Made by a program: the position numbers and the translations under genes. From the NCBI GenBank assembly GCA_047947115.1, contig CP170459.1, positions 4,224,001 to 4,288,000 on the forward strand: DNA of 64,000 nucleotides, given 5' to 3'. The notes below the pieces were generated by a model, which saw only the letters and a list, made by a program, of their open reading frames with translations, searched no databases and had not been told where the DNA came from. Origin of the DNA: Verrucomicrobiota bacterium (GTDB lineage Bacteria; Verrucomicrobiota; Verrucomicrobiia; Limisphaerales; AAA164-E04). Shown one piece after another: positions 50,130 through 59,554 of the stretch (positions are counted from its first letter, which is position 1; each line of letters starts with the position of its first letter).

Positions 50130-51581
50130 CTACTTCCTCGCATGGTAAAGTCGGTCCAAAACATTTCGAGTGATCTGTTCCACGACGGGATCCTTTCCAG
50201 CCAACCCATGCGCCCAATCCGTGCTACCGCAGGTAAAAACTGTTCCCCCTCGCGTATAAACTCCCAAAACAGCATGACCTTCCCGGCCATTCTCCCATTG
50301 ATCATACCACTGGCAATCATCGGGATGCCATTTGGCGGGAGCTGTGCCGAGGATCTGAAATGTTTTTGGAGTGCCATCCTTGAATGTAGGAACAGGCAAT
50401 CCATCTTTCCATTGCATCTCACACCCATCACATTCATACCCGACAATGGTATCCTGGCCACCAAAGGTATCGTCACGCTTCAATGATGTTTTGGCAAAAA
50501 CCCAATGATCCGGGCGATGCACAGTGTAAGCGCCGCTGCCCTCCATGTATTGTCCGTGACTGCGATGATAACCTCCCCAAAGAAATCCAACACCCGTCAA
50601 TGTGTTCTCTGGACGTTCCACCAAGTGGTGGCTCCATAGTGATGACAACAATCCATACTCTTCCCGAGCCTGATAAACGGGATCCGAATGGTAGTTTTGC
50701 TTCCAACACGTCGAGGCATGCCCGTCATCCTCATTACGTATCTGCCAACAACAAGTGTTCCCACTGAAAAAAGCCACGTTGCCACCCTTGCCGATGTAGG
50801 CCTCCAAGTGATCCCGCATGGGAGCCGACCAATATTCATCATGACCGACGCTGAGCACCAGATTGTAATGATCGAGCAGACCGGGATGAAACTCCAAATC
50901 ATTGTTTGCCGCGTAATCCAAAGCATACCCGCTGCTTTCGGCCCACTTCACAAACGCCTGTTCCCATCGACCAAACAAACTGCTCGGAGGACGTTCAAAG
51001 GAAACCCGATGCCCCTGATTCCCGGCTGTTCCGTGAAATCCATACAAACTGAAACCACCCCAATTGTTGTAGGCATTATAAGTGTTGGTGGAAAGCTGCA
51101 GAAGTATTTTGGTATCCCTCCCTGGATGAGCAGGACGAACAATAAAATAACAGGAACCTTCCGATTGCCTGATATTGCGCTGCACATACTTGCCCCCTCG
51201 ATCACGCACTCTAAACCGAACTTCATAATAACCGGATGATTGATCCTCAGGAATGGGAACTTCCACCGCAACAGGCCAACCACAGCCATGCGAGGAGGCA
51301 TTTTCCGGCACCGGATACTCCTGGCCTGCGATCCTCTCTCCGGTCCAAACTTTGGTTACCTCCCCCCCCAATCTCACGATTTCCGCCGAAAACTCCGCAG
51401 CGGATGTCGAGACATGCAAGGACAGGGTTTCACCCGGGGCATAGCTCACCTTCCCGGCATACCCTTCCACGAACAAAGGACGCGGTTCCTCAGAACAAAC
51501 CAGCAGGTGAAAACAAAACAAAACAGCGGCTTTGAAAACATTTGAAGCACTTACGGGACTTGGCATGCGAAAAAGTAACAT
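50130..51581 (-). CDS. N,N-dimethylformamidase beta-subunit-like protein, probably secreted
   Basis: TYNAYNNWGG.SLY, VSFERP, GHDEYWS, AFFSGNTC.WQ, GYECD. Confidence 0.8.
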   Translation of the reverse strand: MLLFRMPSPVSASNVFKAAVLFCFHLLVCSEEPRPLFVEGYAGKVSYAPGETLSLHVSTSAAEFSAEIVRLGGEVTKVWTGERIAGQEYPVPENASSHGCGWPVAVEVPIPEDQSSGYYEVRFRVRDRGGKYVQRNIRQSEGSCYFIVRPAHPGRDTKILLQLSTNTYNAYNNWGGFSLYGFHGTAGNQGHRVSFERPPSSLFGRWEQAFVKWAESSGYALDYAANNDLEFHPGLLDHYNLVLSVGHDEYWSAPMRDHLEAYIGKGGNVAFFSGNTCCWQIRNEDDGHASTCWKQNYHSDPVYQAREEYGLLSSLWSHHLVERPENTLTGVGFLWGGYHRSHGQYMEGSGAYTVHRPDHWVFAKTSLKRDDTFGGQDTIVGYECDGCEMQWKDGLPVPTFKDGTPKTFQILGTAPAKWHPDDCQWYDQWENGREGHAVLGVYTRGGTVFTCGSTDWAHGLAGKDPVVEQITRNVLDRLYHARK

Positions 51582-51596
51582 CCTATTCGTTTTGAA

Positions 51597-52934
51597 TCAA
51601 TCATGTTCCCCTGACACGACGGGCCGATGCCGTGGGATCTGTGCCCTGAAATCTCCCAGCCATGGCCAGAGCAGGCGTTGATTTAGATCCACTTCCTGTA
51701 CGCAAACCGTGCCCCAATCCCTGGCCTGGGCCATGACGCTGCCGTCCTGACCATACACAGCCGAAATCATCCAGTTGCGGGAAACATCTTCGTAAGTGCT
51801 GCTGACAAGGTAGACATGATTTTCGCATGCTCGTGCCCGTGCCAGTTCCGGATTGCATCCCCACACCGGCCAGGCGATCACTTCGGCACCTCGATTGCTC
51901 AGTTCACGGGCGACTTCCGGAAAAAAACCGTCGTAACACACCATCATCCCCACTTTACCGAAACGGGTTTCAAAAACGGGATAATCGTTGCCGGGAGAGA
52001 TGCCTTTATCAAATTCGCCATCGGGCAAGCATACCTTCCGGTATTTCCCCGCCACCTTGCCATCGGGTCCGATCAACACCGCCACATTGAACAATTGATG
52101 CCGGTCACGCTCGACCAGTCCGGCAACGATGTAGAGATCATGTTTCTTTGCCAGTGTGCCGAAATAGCCCGTTGAAGGTCCGGGAATGCGTTCGGCACTA
52201 TCCACGAAACTGGCACCCGTCCCCGCATAGGTCAAGGTTTCCCCCAAGACCACCAAATCAGCCTGCTGTCGCGCAGCATCTTCGATGAAAGGCGCATATT
52301 GTTGACATGCTTCCATCGAGGTCTTTGCCCCCCTTGGGCGGTGATGAACCGCAGCAAATTTCACTTTTCTGGGTTCGGGTATTTCCACGGCCGTCAATGA
52401 GATATCGCTCCATTCGATCTTTCCTCCGGGAGCCCATAACAAATGCAATTCCAATTGCGCTCGCGCCGTACCGGGCGGTACATCATAAACACCCGTCATT
52501 TCAAACCAACCGTCCGTGCCGGGTTCCGATGCTTGAGGATACTCAGGCTCAGGTGTGGCAATCACCCCTGTGGAATATTTGCCCACCACATTCGCCGGAC
52601 GTGCGACTACTTTTCCTTCTTGATCCAGCCATTGAATGCGAGATATCACACTCCGTCGGGGCACAGAGATGTCGGTGGCACGACACCAAACTGAGAAGCG
52701 ATAAAAACCCGAATCCTTCACAGCCACACTCTTCTGCCACCAGCCATGCAGGCCCTCACGTGAATCAGCTTGAATGACAAGCGCCCCCTTCCCTGCTTTT
52801 CCTCCTTCCGGATCAAACTGAAACTGAGGACGAATTTCATCCCTCGGCGCAACCGTCGCCCACCCATCAGCGAAAGAGGCTAGAACGATCAAACAAGTAA
52901 CAACACACCCTAAAGCAATGACAAACGATTTCAT
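51597..52934 (-). CDS. Secreted carbon-nitrogen hydrolase (nitrilase superfamily) with N-terminal CBM-like domain
   Basis: Signal peptide; catalytic triad contexts LGET, YRKV, VCYD; RACEN. Confidence 0.88.
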   Translation of the reverse strand: MKSFVIALGCVVTCLIVLASFADGWATVAPRDEIRPQFQFDPEGGKAGKGALVIQADSREGLHGWWQKSVAVKDSGFYRFSVWCRATDISVPRRSVISRIQWLDQEGKVVARPANVVGKYSTGVIATPEPEYPQASEPGTDGWFEMTGVYDVPPGTARAQLELHLLWAPGGKIEWSDISLTAVEIPEPRKVKFAAVHHRPRGAKTSMEACQQYAPFIEDAARQQADLVVLGETLTYAGTGASFVDSAERIPGPSTGYFGTLAKKHDLYIVAGLVERDRHQLFNVAVLIGPDGKVAGKYRKVCLPDGEFDKGISPGNDYPVFETRFGKVGMMVCYDGFFPEVARELSNRGAEVIAWPVWGCNPELARARACENHVYLVSSTYEDVSRNWMISAVYGQDGSVMAQARDWGTVCVQEVDLNQRLLWPWLGDFRAQIPRHRPVVSGEHD

Positions 52935-53054
52935 ATGAGGAAGGCCCAATCATGACAAAACCAAAGAAGAAATCAAGGTTCCCTATGGTCAAAGCCAGCA
53001 TCAGGCGTCATTCAATCATTGAAGAAAACCTCAGACCGCATGAAGACGCCGGCG

Positions 53055-53082
53055 GGCCACACTTTGGCAAGTGCGGCTACTT
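53055..53082. repeat. Single GTAG-type REP-like palindrome
   Basis: GGGCCACACTTTGGCAAGTGCGGCTACT, matching the palindrome inside the 58156 array. Confidence 0.7.
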
Positions 53083-53129
53083 GGGAAGTCACTCTTGTCC
53101 TGGAAAAGGCTCTCAGCTAGCATCCATTC

Positions 53130-56100
53130 ATGAACCTCATGCGCATTGTCCTGATAGGCGGTTTGTGGGCTACACTGCAGATTCCGGTCTCAAAGGCTCA
53201 GGATTTCGAACTCGGAGTGGCACAAGTGGACGTGACACCTGATTACCCGGTTCGATTGAGTGGATTCGGTTTTCGTCGGGATGAATCAGAAGGCGTCACC
53301 CATCGCATCTGGGCAAAAGCATTGTCCATCAAAGATCCGGTGAACGGTCCTGCCGTAGTGATCACAGTGGACAACCTGGGGATCCCGTCAGAAATGACTC
53401 AGGAGGTTGCCCGCCGATTAAAGCAGAAGATCGCCCTCCCCCATCAGCGTCTCTCGATCACCGCAAGCCACACCCACACCGCTCCCATGCTTACCCAGGT
53501 GGCTCCCACGCTTTTTGGAACACCCATTCCGACCGAACATCAAATGAACATTGATCGTTACACGCGGGAATTAACAGATCAATTGGAGGCAGTCGCATTG
53601 TCAGCCTTTAAAAACCTTGAGCCAGGACGATTGGAATGGGCAACGGGACAGGTAGGTTTCGCAAAGAATCGACGAACGAACGGAGGTCCAGTGGATCACG
53701 ATCTCCCCATGATGGTAGTGCGTGGCGAAACCAATGACGTACGTGGAATCTGGTTCAGTTATGCTTGTCACTGCGTTACCCTGTCCAATAACAAAATATC
53801 CGGTGATTGGGCCGGTTCGGCACAGATCGAAATCCAGAAGCACCATCCCGAAGCAGTGATCATGGCTTCGATCGGTTGCGGCGCCGATCAGAATCCGGAC
53901 TCAGGCGTGACCGGCGATAAAGTGGAAATTGCCGATGAACAAGGAATCCAGATCGCACAAGAAATCGAACGTCTTCTGGAACAACCTCTCGCCCCCATTC
54001 AAGGTCCTCTCAACATCCAGCTTAAAGGCATTCCTTTGGCATTCGAAGAACCCCGCACACGACAGGAATGGGAAGAACGGGCCAAACAGGACAACGCCAT
54101 CGGCCATCATGCCCGTGTGAACCTTGCGCGACTGGATCGTGGCGAGTCGCTGCCGAACCACATTGATTATCCGATCCAATCATGGGTCTTTGGAAATGAC
54201 CTTGCGATGGTATTTTTACCGGGAGAAGTGGTGGTGGATTACTCACTGCGACTGAAGAAGGAGTTTGATCCTCGTCGACTATGGATCAATGCCTACTCCA
54301 ATGATGCCCCCTGTTACATTCCCAGCGAACGCATTCTTACAGAAGGCGGCTACGAAGGAGGCGGCGCCATGATTTACTATGATCAACCCAATCAATTCGC
54401 TCCCGGACTGGAGCAACAAATCATGGACGTGATTCATGAGCAAATCCCAGAATCATTCAAAATTCCCGAAGGCACAGACGGTAGCACCCCCCTTCCACCG
54501 GAAGCTTCCCTGCGGTCCATTAAAATGCGTCCGGGGCTGGATATCGATCTGGTCGCATCCGAACCCATGGTTGTGGATCCCGTCGCCATTGATTGGGACG
54601 TGCATGGACGCCTATGGGTAGTGGAAATGAATGATTACCCTCTTGGAATGAGTGGCGCTTACGAACCCGGAGGCAGGATCAAGATCCTTCAGGATACCAA
54701 TCAGGACGGACATTATGATGAAGCCACCCTTTTCATGGACGGCCTTGCATTCCCCACCGGAGTGACCACATGGGGCAATGGCGCCTTGATCTCGGCCGCT
54801 CCAGATCTGATCTACGCAGAAGACACAGATGGTGACGGCAAAGCGGACAAGAAAGAAGTCTGGTACACCGGCTTTGCCACCGTCAATTACCAGGCACGAA
54901 TCAACAGCATCTCACTCGGTCTGGACAACTGGCTCTATGGCGCGAACGGTTTGATTGGTGGGGACATTCTCCCTGTAGCCATGCGCAGGCGTTCCGATGC
55001 GCATCAAAATCCCATCTCCATACGTCGCCATGACTTCCGCTTTGATCCTTGGTCGGGAACCTTCGAAACGGTATCAGGACTTACCCAACAAGGACGTGTC
55101 CGTGACGATTTCGGCAACTGGTTTGGCTGCAGCAATGGAGCACTGATCTACCATTTCCCGGTCGACACTTCCATTTTGAATCGTATCCCTTATCTCATAC
55201 CGCCTCCGGCACATCAATTCACCTGGAAAAACCCCGATCCAAACCGTCTTTATCCCATCAGTGACCCTCTGGAACGCTTCAACGATCTCGACCATTTGAA
55301 TCGTGTCACTTCCGCTTGCGGACTTGGTTTGTATCGCGACAGCTTGTTGGGGGCCGAATTTGAGGGCAACGCTTTCACTTGCGAACCCGTTCACAATCTG
55401 GTTCGGCGGACCATACTGGAAAGAAACGGGAATACTTTCTCAGGACGCAGAGCCGATGACGAACAGGATTCTGAATTCCTTGCATCAACGGATCAATGGT
55501 TTCGCCCCTCTCAAGTGCGGACGGGACCGGATGGAGCCTTATGGATAGTGGATATGTATCGTTTCCTGATGGAACATCCAATCTGGATTCGCCCCGACCG
55601 CCTGGCAAAACTCGATCCACGAGCCGGGGATTCAATGGGACGCATCTATCGAGTCTATCCAACCGGAAAGAGGCCGAAATCATTTCAAGGTCTTGCTTCC
55701 ACGAACATAACCCAATCTACAAAGACCGTCCAACTCAGCGTCGCAAATCTGACCCAAGCCATACAGAGTCCTAACGGAACCATCCGCGATTTGGCACATC
55801 AACATTTGATCTTACGCAAGGACCTTGATGCCGTTCCTGCATTGAAAAGTTCCGCGACGGATGATCCAGATCCGGCAGTCCGAGTTCAGAGCCTCTGCAC
55901 ATTGGATGGACTGCATGCGTTAACATCCGAACTGATCCAAAACGCTCTGAAAGACGCGCACCCCGGAGTGAGAGCATATGCAGCCCGATTGACGGAATCA
56001 CACCTGGGTGACAACGACGAACTCATCCCATTGCTTCTCTCACTGCTTGACGATCCGGACGTGCAAGTAAGAACCCGCGCCGTAACCGCACTATATGGGA

Positions 56101-58109
56101 TTCGGACAAAAGGCCTGAACACATCGACCGGCAGGGAAGCAGGCAAGGCCATAGGACGTTTTTTGCAAAAAAACTTAACAGATCCATATGCAACAAACGC
56201 AGCATGGAACTCCGCCATTCCTTTTCTTGATCTAATCGGACAGGTTCTATTGACATCAAGTGAAGAGGAAGTGGAATTACATGCCCTGCTACCAACGTTC
56301 ATTCAAACAGCTGACCACATGAAGAATAAGGATGTCATGTTTCAGATCGCATGGCATATCTGCAATGATGTCAATGAAGGGCAGATAACCTACAAGACAA
56401 TCTCCAGACTTGCGACTTACGGCAAAAATGCCAGCACCTGGAACCTCAAATACTGGGTGGACACCCGATACCCGGACTTTATCAAAACAGACATTTGCCT
56501 TGGTTTTCTGGAAATCCTGAAAAAAGCCAGGGAGTATGTCGTTGACGACAAGGTTCCGGTTAAAACTCGGGAAGAATGCGTTACTTTGCTGGGGTGGGAT
56601 CCCAGCAAACACCTCATTGATTTGGAGATTTTGATATCTTTGCTGGACAAAACCGACAACGAATCCATTCACGCGGAAGTCTACAAAGCATTCTCACGCT
56701 TTGACACTGATAACCTTCCTCGGAAGTTATTGAGCCGATGGAACCAGTCCAGCCCCAAAATCCGAAGATCCATGATTCAGGTCATGTTGCAACGAGCCAA
56801 CTGGACGCACGCCTTGCTGACTCATGCCGCGGAAACGCCTGGGGTCTGGCAGGAAATCCCGTCCACGCGCCGAAACGCACTTCTCCGTCATGTAGATTCC
56901 AGCATCCGTGACTTGGCCGCCGATTTGGAAAAAGAAGGATCTCATTCAGAACGGAGCATCGTTGTGTCGCAATTCGAACCTGCGGCCAAACTCGTCGGGA
57001 ATCCAGATCAAGGCAAGGAATGGTTTTCGCAACGATGTTCCACTTGCCATATGCTGGAGGGTATTGGAAAACCGGTCGGTCCGGATTTATTGGAATTGAC
57101 CGACAAATCTCCCGAGTCTCTCATGATTTCCATCATCGATCCCAATCGAGCTGTGTTGGATCAATACACCGTCTACGAGATCGAAACACAGGATGGGCGT
57201 TCTCTTTCGGGAGCCATCTCAGAGGAATCCAAAGCCGGAATCAGTTATAAAAACGCCAACGGAGACCTCGAGACCATCGCTCAAGACGTCATTCAATCCA
57301 TACGTGCCACAGGACTGTCCCTGATGCCTGAAGGACTCGAAGCAGGCATGAAACACCAGGACATGGCGGATTTGACCGCCTTCATCGCTCAAGCAAAATC
57401 CAGCAAGGAACCACCCCCACGCGATCCCGGGGTCATTGCCAAATATCTCTTAAACGACGAGATACCTCACAAGGAGCGTGAAGCAGCAACCAAAGTTCAT
57501 TACATGCTGGCAGTAGAGCTTGTTCGTGAAATGGTCCGCGACCTGCCAGTCGGCACACCTGAGGAATATAGAAGAATCCCCTGGATCTGGCGTTTATCCG
57601 TTCTGACCGGAAATGGCAATGACACCGATCGCATCCGACGCATGCTCGACCTCGCCCTTCCCCAGCCGAATCAACCTTTACACGATTGGCAAGCGGTCAT
57701 CATCGGCGGCGGCCTGATTAATGGCCTATCACAAAAGGATATTTGGACGAAACAACACCTGGAAAGTTTGACCGAAGGAGATCCTGATCTCGAAAACCGA
57801 TACAAACATGCCCTCATCCTCGCAGTCAACATGGCCGACAACGAAATGGTCCCATCCGGCACCCGCTACGATGCGCTGCGGATGGTAGCCATGCTCGAGC
57901 CATCGGATGCCATTCCACATCTTCAACGTCACTTAAATGCAGAAACTGAACAAGAACTTCAAATGGGGGCCATCAGTGGTTTAGCTGATATCAGACATCC
58001 TGAGGCTCTTAATGTCCTGAACACTTCGACACCAAACCTAAGCGAACCTAACCGCACCCTGGCGAGTAAAGGTATTGAAAAATTAAAGCAGCTCTTTGAC
58101 ATGAAATAA
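53130..58109 (+). CDS. Fusion: neutral/alkaline ceramidase-like domain + PVC-type membrane-bound dehydrogenase propeller + HEAT repeats + CxxCH cytochrome c
   Basis: ASHTHTAP, YACH, GGYEG; LVASEP.V.DP.AIDWD..GRLWVVEMNDYP; WFRP....GPDGALWIVDMYR; CSTCH..G..VGPDL; SLMPEGLE. Confidence 0.88.
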   Translation: MNLMRIVLIGGLWATLQIPVSKAQDFELGVAQVDVTPDYPVRLSGFGFRRDESEGVTHRIWAKALSIKDPVNGPAVVITVDNLGIPSEMTQEVARRLKQKIALPHQRLSITASHTHTAPMLTQVAPTLFGTPIPTEHQMNIDRYTRELTDQLEAVALSAFKNLEPGRLEWATGQVGFAKNRRTNGGPVDHDLPMMVVRGETNDVRGIWFSYACHCVTLSNNKISGDWAGSAQIEIQKHHPEAVIMASIGCGADQNPDSGVTGDKVEIADEQGIQIAQEIERLLEQPLAPIQGPLNIQLKGIPLAFEEPRTRQEWEERAKQDNAIGHHARVNLARLDRGESLPNHIDYPIQSWVFGNDLAMVFLPGEVVVDYSLRLKKEFDPRRLWINAYSNDAPCYIPSERILTEGGYEGGGAMIYYDQPNQFAPGLEQQIMDVIHEQIPESFKIPEGTDGSTPLPPEASLRSIKMRPGLDIDLVASEPMVVDPVAIDWDVHGRLWVVEMNDYPLGMSGAYEPGGRIKILQDTNQDGHYDEATLFMDGLAFPTGVTTWGNGALISAAPDLIYAEDTDGDGKADKKEVWYTGFATVNYQARINSISLGLDNWLYGANGLIGGDILPVAMRRRSDAHQNPISIRRHDFRFDPWSGTFETVSGLTQQGRVRDDFGNWFGCSNGALIYHFPVDTSILNRIPYLIPPPAHQFTWKNPDPNRLYPISDPLERFNDLDHLNRVTSACGLGLYRDSLLGAEFEGNAFTCEPVHNLVRRTILERNGNTFSGRRADDEQDSEFLASTDQWFRPSQVRTGPDGALWIVDMYRFLMEHPIWIRPDRLAKLDPRAGDSMGRIYRVYPTGKRPKSFQGLASTNITQSTKTVQLSVANLTQAIQSPNGTIRDLAHQHLILRKDLDAVPALKSSATDDPDPAVRVQSLCTLDGLHALTSELIQNALKDAHPGVRAYAARLTESHLGDNDELIPLLLSLLDDPDVQVRTRAVTALYGIRTKGLNTSTGREAGKAIGRFLQKNLTDPYATNAAWNSAIPFLDLIGQVLLTSSEEEVELHALLPTFIQTADHMKNKDVMFQIAWHICNDVNEGQITYKTISRLATYGKNASTWNLKYWVDTRYPDFIKTDICLGFLEILKKAREYVVDDKVPVKTREECVTLLGWDPSKHLIDLEILISLLDKTDNESIHAEVYKAFSRFDTDNLPRKLLSRWNQSSPKIRRSMIQVMLQRANWTHALLTHAAETPGVWQEIPSTRRNALLRHVDSSIRDLAADLEKEGSHSERSIVVSQFEPAAKLVGNPDQGKEWFSQRCSTCHMLEGIGKPVGPDLLELTDKSPESLMISIIDPNRAVLDQYTVYEIETQDGRSLSGAISEESKAGISYKNANGDLETIAQDVIQSIRATGLSLMPEGLEAGMKHQDMADLTAFIAQAKSSKEPPPRDPGVIAKYLLNDEIPHKEREAATKVHYMLAVELVREMVRDLPVGTPEEYRRIPWIWRLSVLTGNGNDTDRIRRMLDLALPQPNQPLHDWQAVIIGGGLINGLSQKDIWTKQHLESLTEGDPDLENRYKHALILAVNMADNEMVPSGTRYDALRMVAMLEPSDAIPHLQRHLNAETEQELQMGAISGLADIRHPEALNVLNTSTPNLSEPNRTLASKGIEKLKQLFDMK

Positions 58110-58155
58110 TGAATATTCTTCCACGGATACATCACATTAAATCCATCCAGAACCG

Positions 58156-58438
58156 CCTGTTCTTCTCGCAGATCCTTCGACAGTAGTGGAAGTCTAAAAA
58201 AACTCAGGCATATGCATACGCCAGCGGGCCACACTTTGGCAAGTGCGGCTACTTATCTCTCCTTCAGAACCCCGTCCATCCTGTTCTTCTCGCAGATCCT
58301 TCGACAGTAGTGGAAGTCTAAAAAAACTCAGGCATATGCATACGCCAGCGAGCCACACTTTGGCAAGTGCGGCTACTTATCTCTCCTTCAGAACCCCGTC
58401 CATCCTGTTCTTCTCGCAGATCCCACGACTGCGGTGGC
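58156..58438. repeat. Tandem array of ~2.3 x 124-bp composite REP-like units
   Basis: CCTGTTCTTCTCGCAGATCC recurs at 58156, 58280 and 58404; each full unit contains GCCACACTTTGGCAAGTGCGGCTAC. Confidence 0.9.
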
Positions 58439-58498
58439 TGTCAAAAAAGTAAAGATCCCAAGCTTGATTCCCTGGCCATTCTCAACATTATCACCACC

Positions 58499-58930
58499 AT
58501 GCTGACACCATTTCACCTGGCCATTCAGGTAAGGAACATCGTGGAAGCCCGGGAATTTTATGGAACCAAACTCGGGCTCTCTGAAGGACGTAGCGCGGAC
58601 ACTTGGATTGACTGGAACATGTTCGGACATCAGGTCGTCACACACCTGAACCCGAATCTGGGTCCCACCGGGCGTGTCCCAAGCCACTGCAATCCCGTCG
58701 ACAAACACGCCGTTCCGGTGCCGCACTTTGGGGTGGTCTTGACGATCGATGATTGGGAAAGGCTGGCTGAGCGAGCTCGAACTTTTGTGGATCATTTCAT
58801 CATCGAACCTTACGTGCGATTCAAAGGGCAAACTGGGGAACAGTGCACCATGTTTTTCGAAGATCCATCAGGAAACGCTCTCGAATTCAAAGCATTCGCC
58901 GATATCAAATCACAGCTCTTTGCCAAGTAA
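58499..58930 (+). CDS. VOC/glyoxalase family protein
   Basis: PFHLA, FYG..LG..EGRS, FGHQ.V.H, VPVPHFG, FEDPSGNALEFK. ATG 58499 chosen as start. Confidence 0.92.
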   Translation: MLTPFHLAIQVRNIVEAREFYGTKLGLSEGRSADTWIDWNMFGHQVVTHLNPNLGPTGRVPSHCNPVDKHAVPVPHFGVVLTIDDWERLAERARTFVDHFIIEPYVRFKGQTGEQCTMFFEDPSGNALEFKAFADIKSQLFAK

Positions 58931-58934
58931 TTCC

Positions 58935-59327
58935 ATGAGTAAAAAGAAACGCATTGATACAGGCGGAGGCCAATCCCTTTCACAAAACCCTTTCGGAGCA
59001 TTGGACAATCTGGATCTGCCTTCAGGCCCCACCGATCCGATCCTCCCTTCAACTGAAAGCAAACGGAGCAAGCCAAACAAGAACCGCGGACGCGTGGACA
59101 TCATCCGTCAAAAAGCACATCGCGGCGGTAAAACAGTGACCGTCATCACTGCTTTCAAAGGTATCGGACTTCCCGAAAAGGAAGCGCTCGCCAAGAAGAT
59201 GCAAACTTCATGCGGCACTGGCGGAACAGTGAAAAACGGCAACATCGAAATCCAGGGCGATCAGAGAGAAAAAGTAGCCACCATCCTGGAAGAAGCCGGC
59301 TTCCGCCCCGTCTTCGCCGGAGGATGA
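58935..59327 (+). CDS. yciH: Translation initiation factor SUI1/YciH family
   Basis: K..RGGKTVT.I, CGTGGTVK.G.IEIQGDQR. ATG 58935 chosen as start. Confidence 0.9.
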   Translation: MSKKKRIDTGGGQSLSQNPFGALDNLDLPSGPTDPILPSTESKRSKPNKNRGRVDIIRQKAHRGGKTVTVITAFKGIGLPEKEALAKKMQTSCGTGGTVKNGNIEIQGDQREKVATILEEAGFRPVFAGG

Positions 59328-59554
59328 CATCCACCATTCGGCAAAACAGGTAAAACTTACAATCCCTGGCGCGCGCAGGTAGAATCCCGCGACTGCGTGG
59401 ATCCCTGGCGCGTGGCCTTGTGGCTCCCATGAACTGATCTGCCGGTCATTTTGCGAAGCCTTTGATATCCGATCTCCCCACATCCGCCTAGCTGTCGCTA
59501 GCGGGCGGACCGAGATCCCGATGATATCGGGAATCTACCTTTAAAGCACGTTAT

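Noticed and set aside
50130..51581. A true N,N-dimethylformamidase
   Set aside because: Only a beta-subunit-like domain with a probable export leader; no small subunit gene is adjacent.
58367..58498. N-terminal extension of the VOC ORF (likewise 58749-58934 for yciH and 15459-15584 for the M16 peptidase)
   Set aside because: The extensions run through repeats, neighbouring genes or intergenic DNA; family similarity begins at the downstream ATGs.
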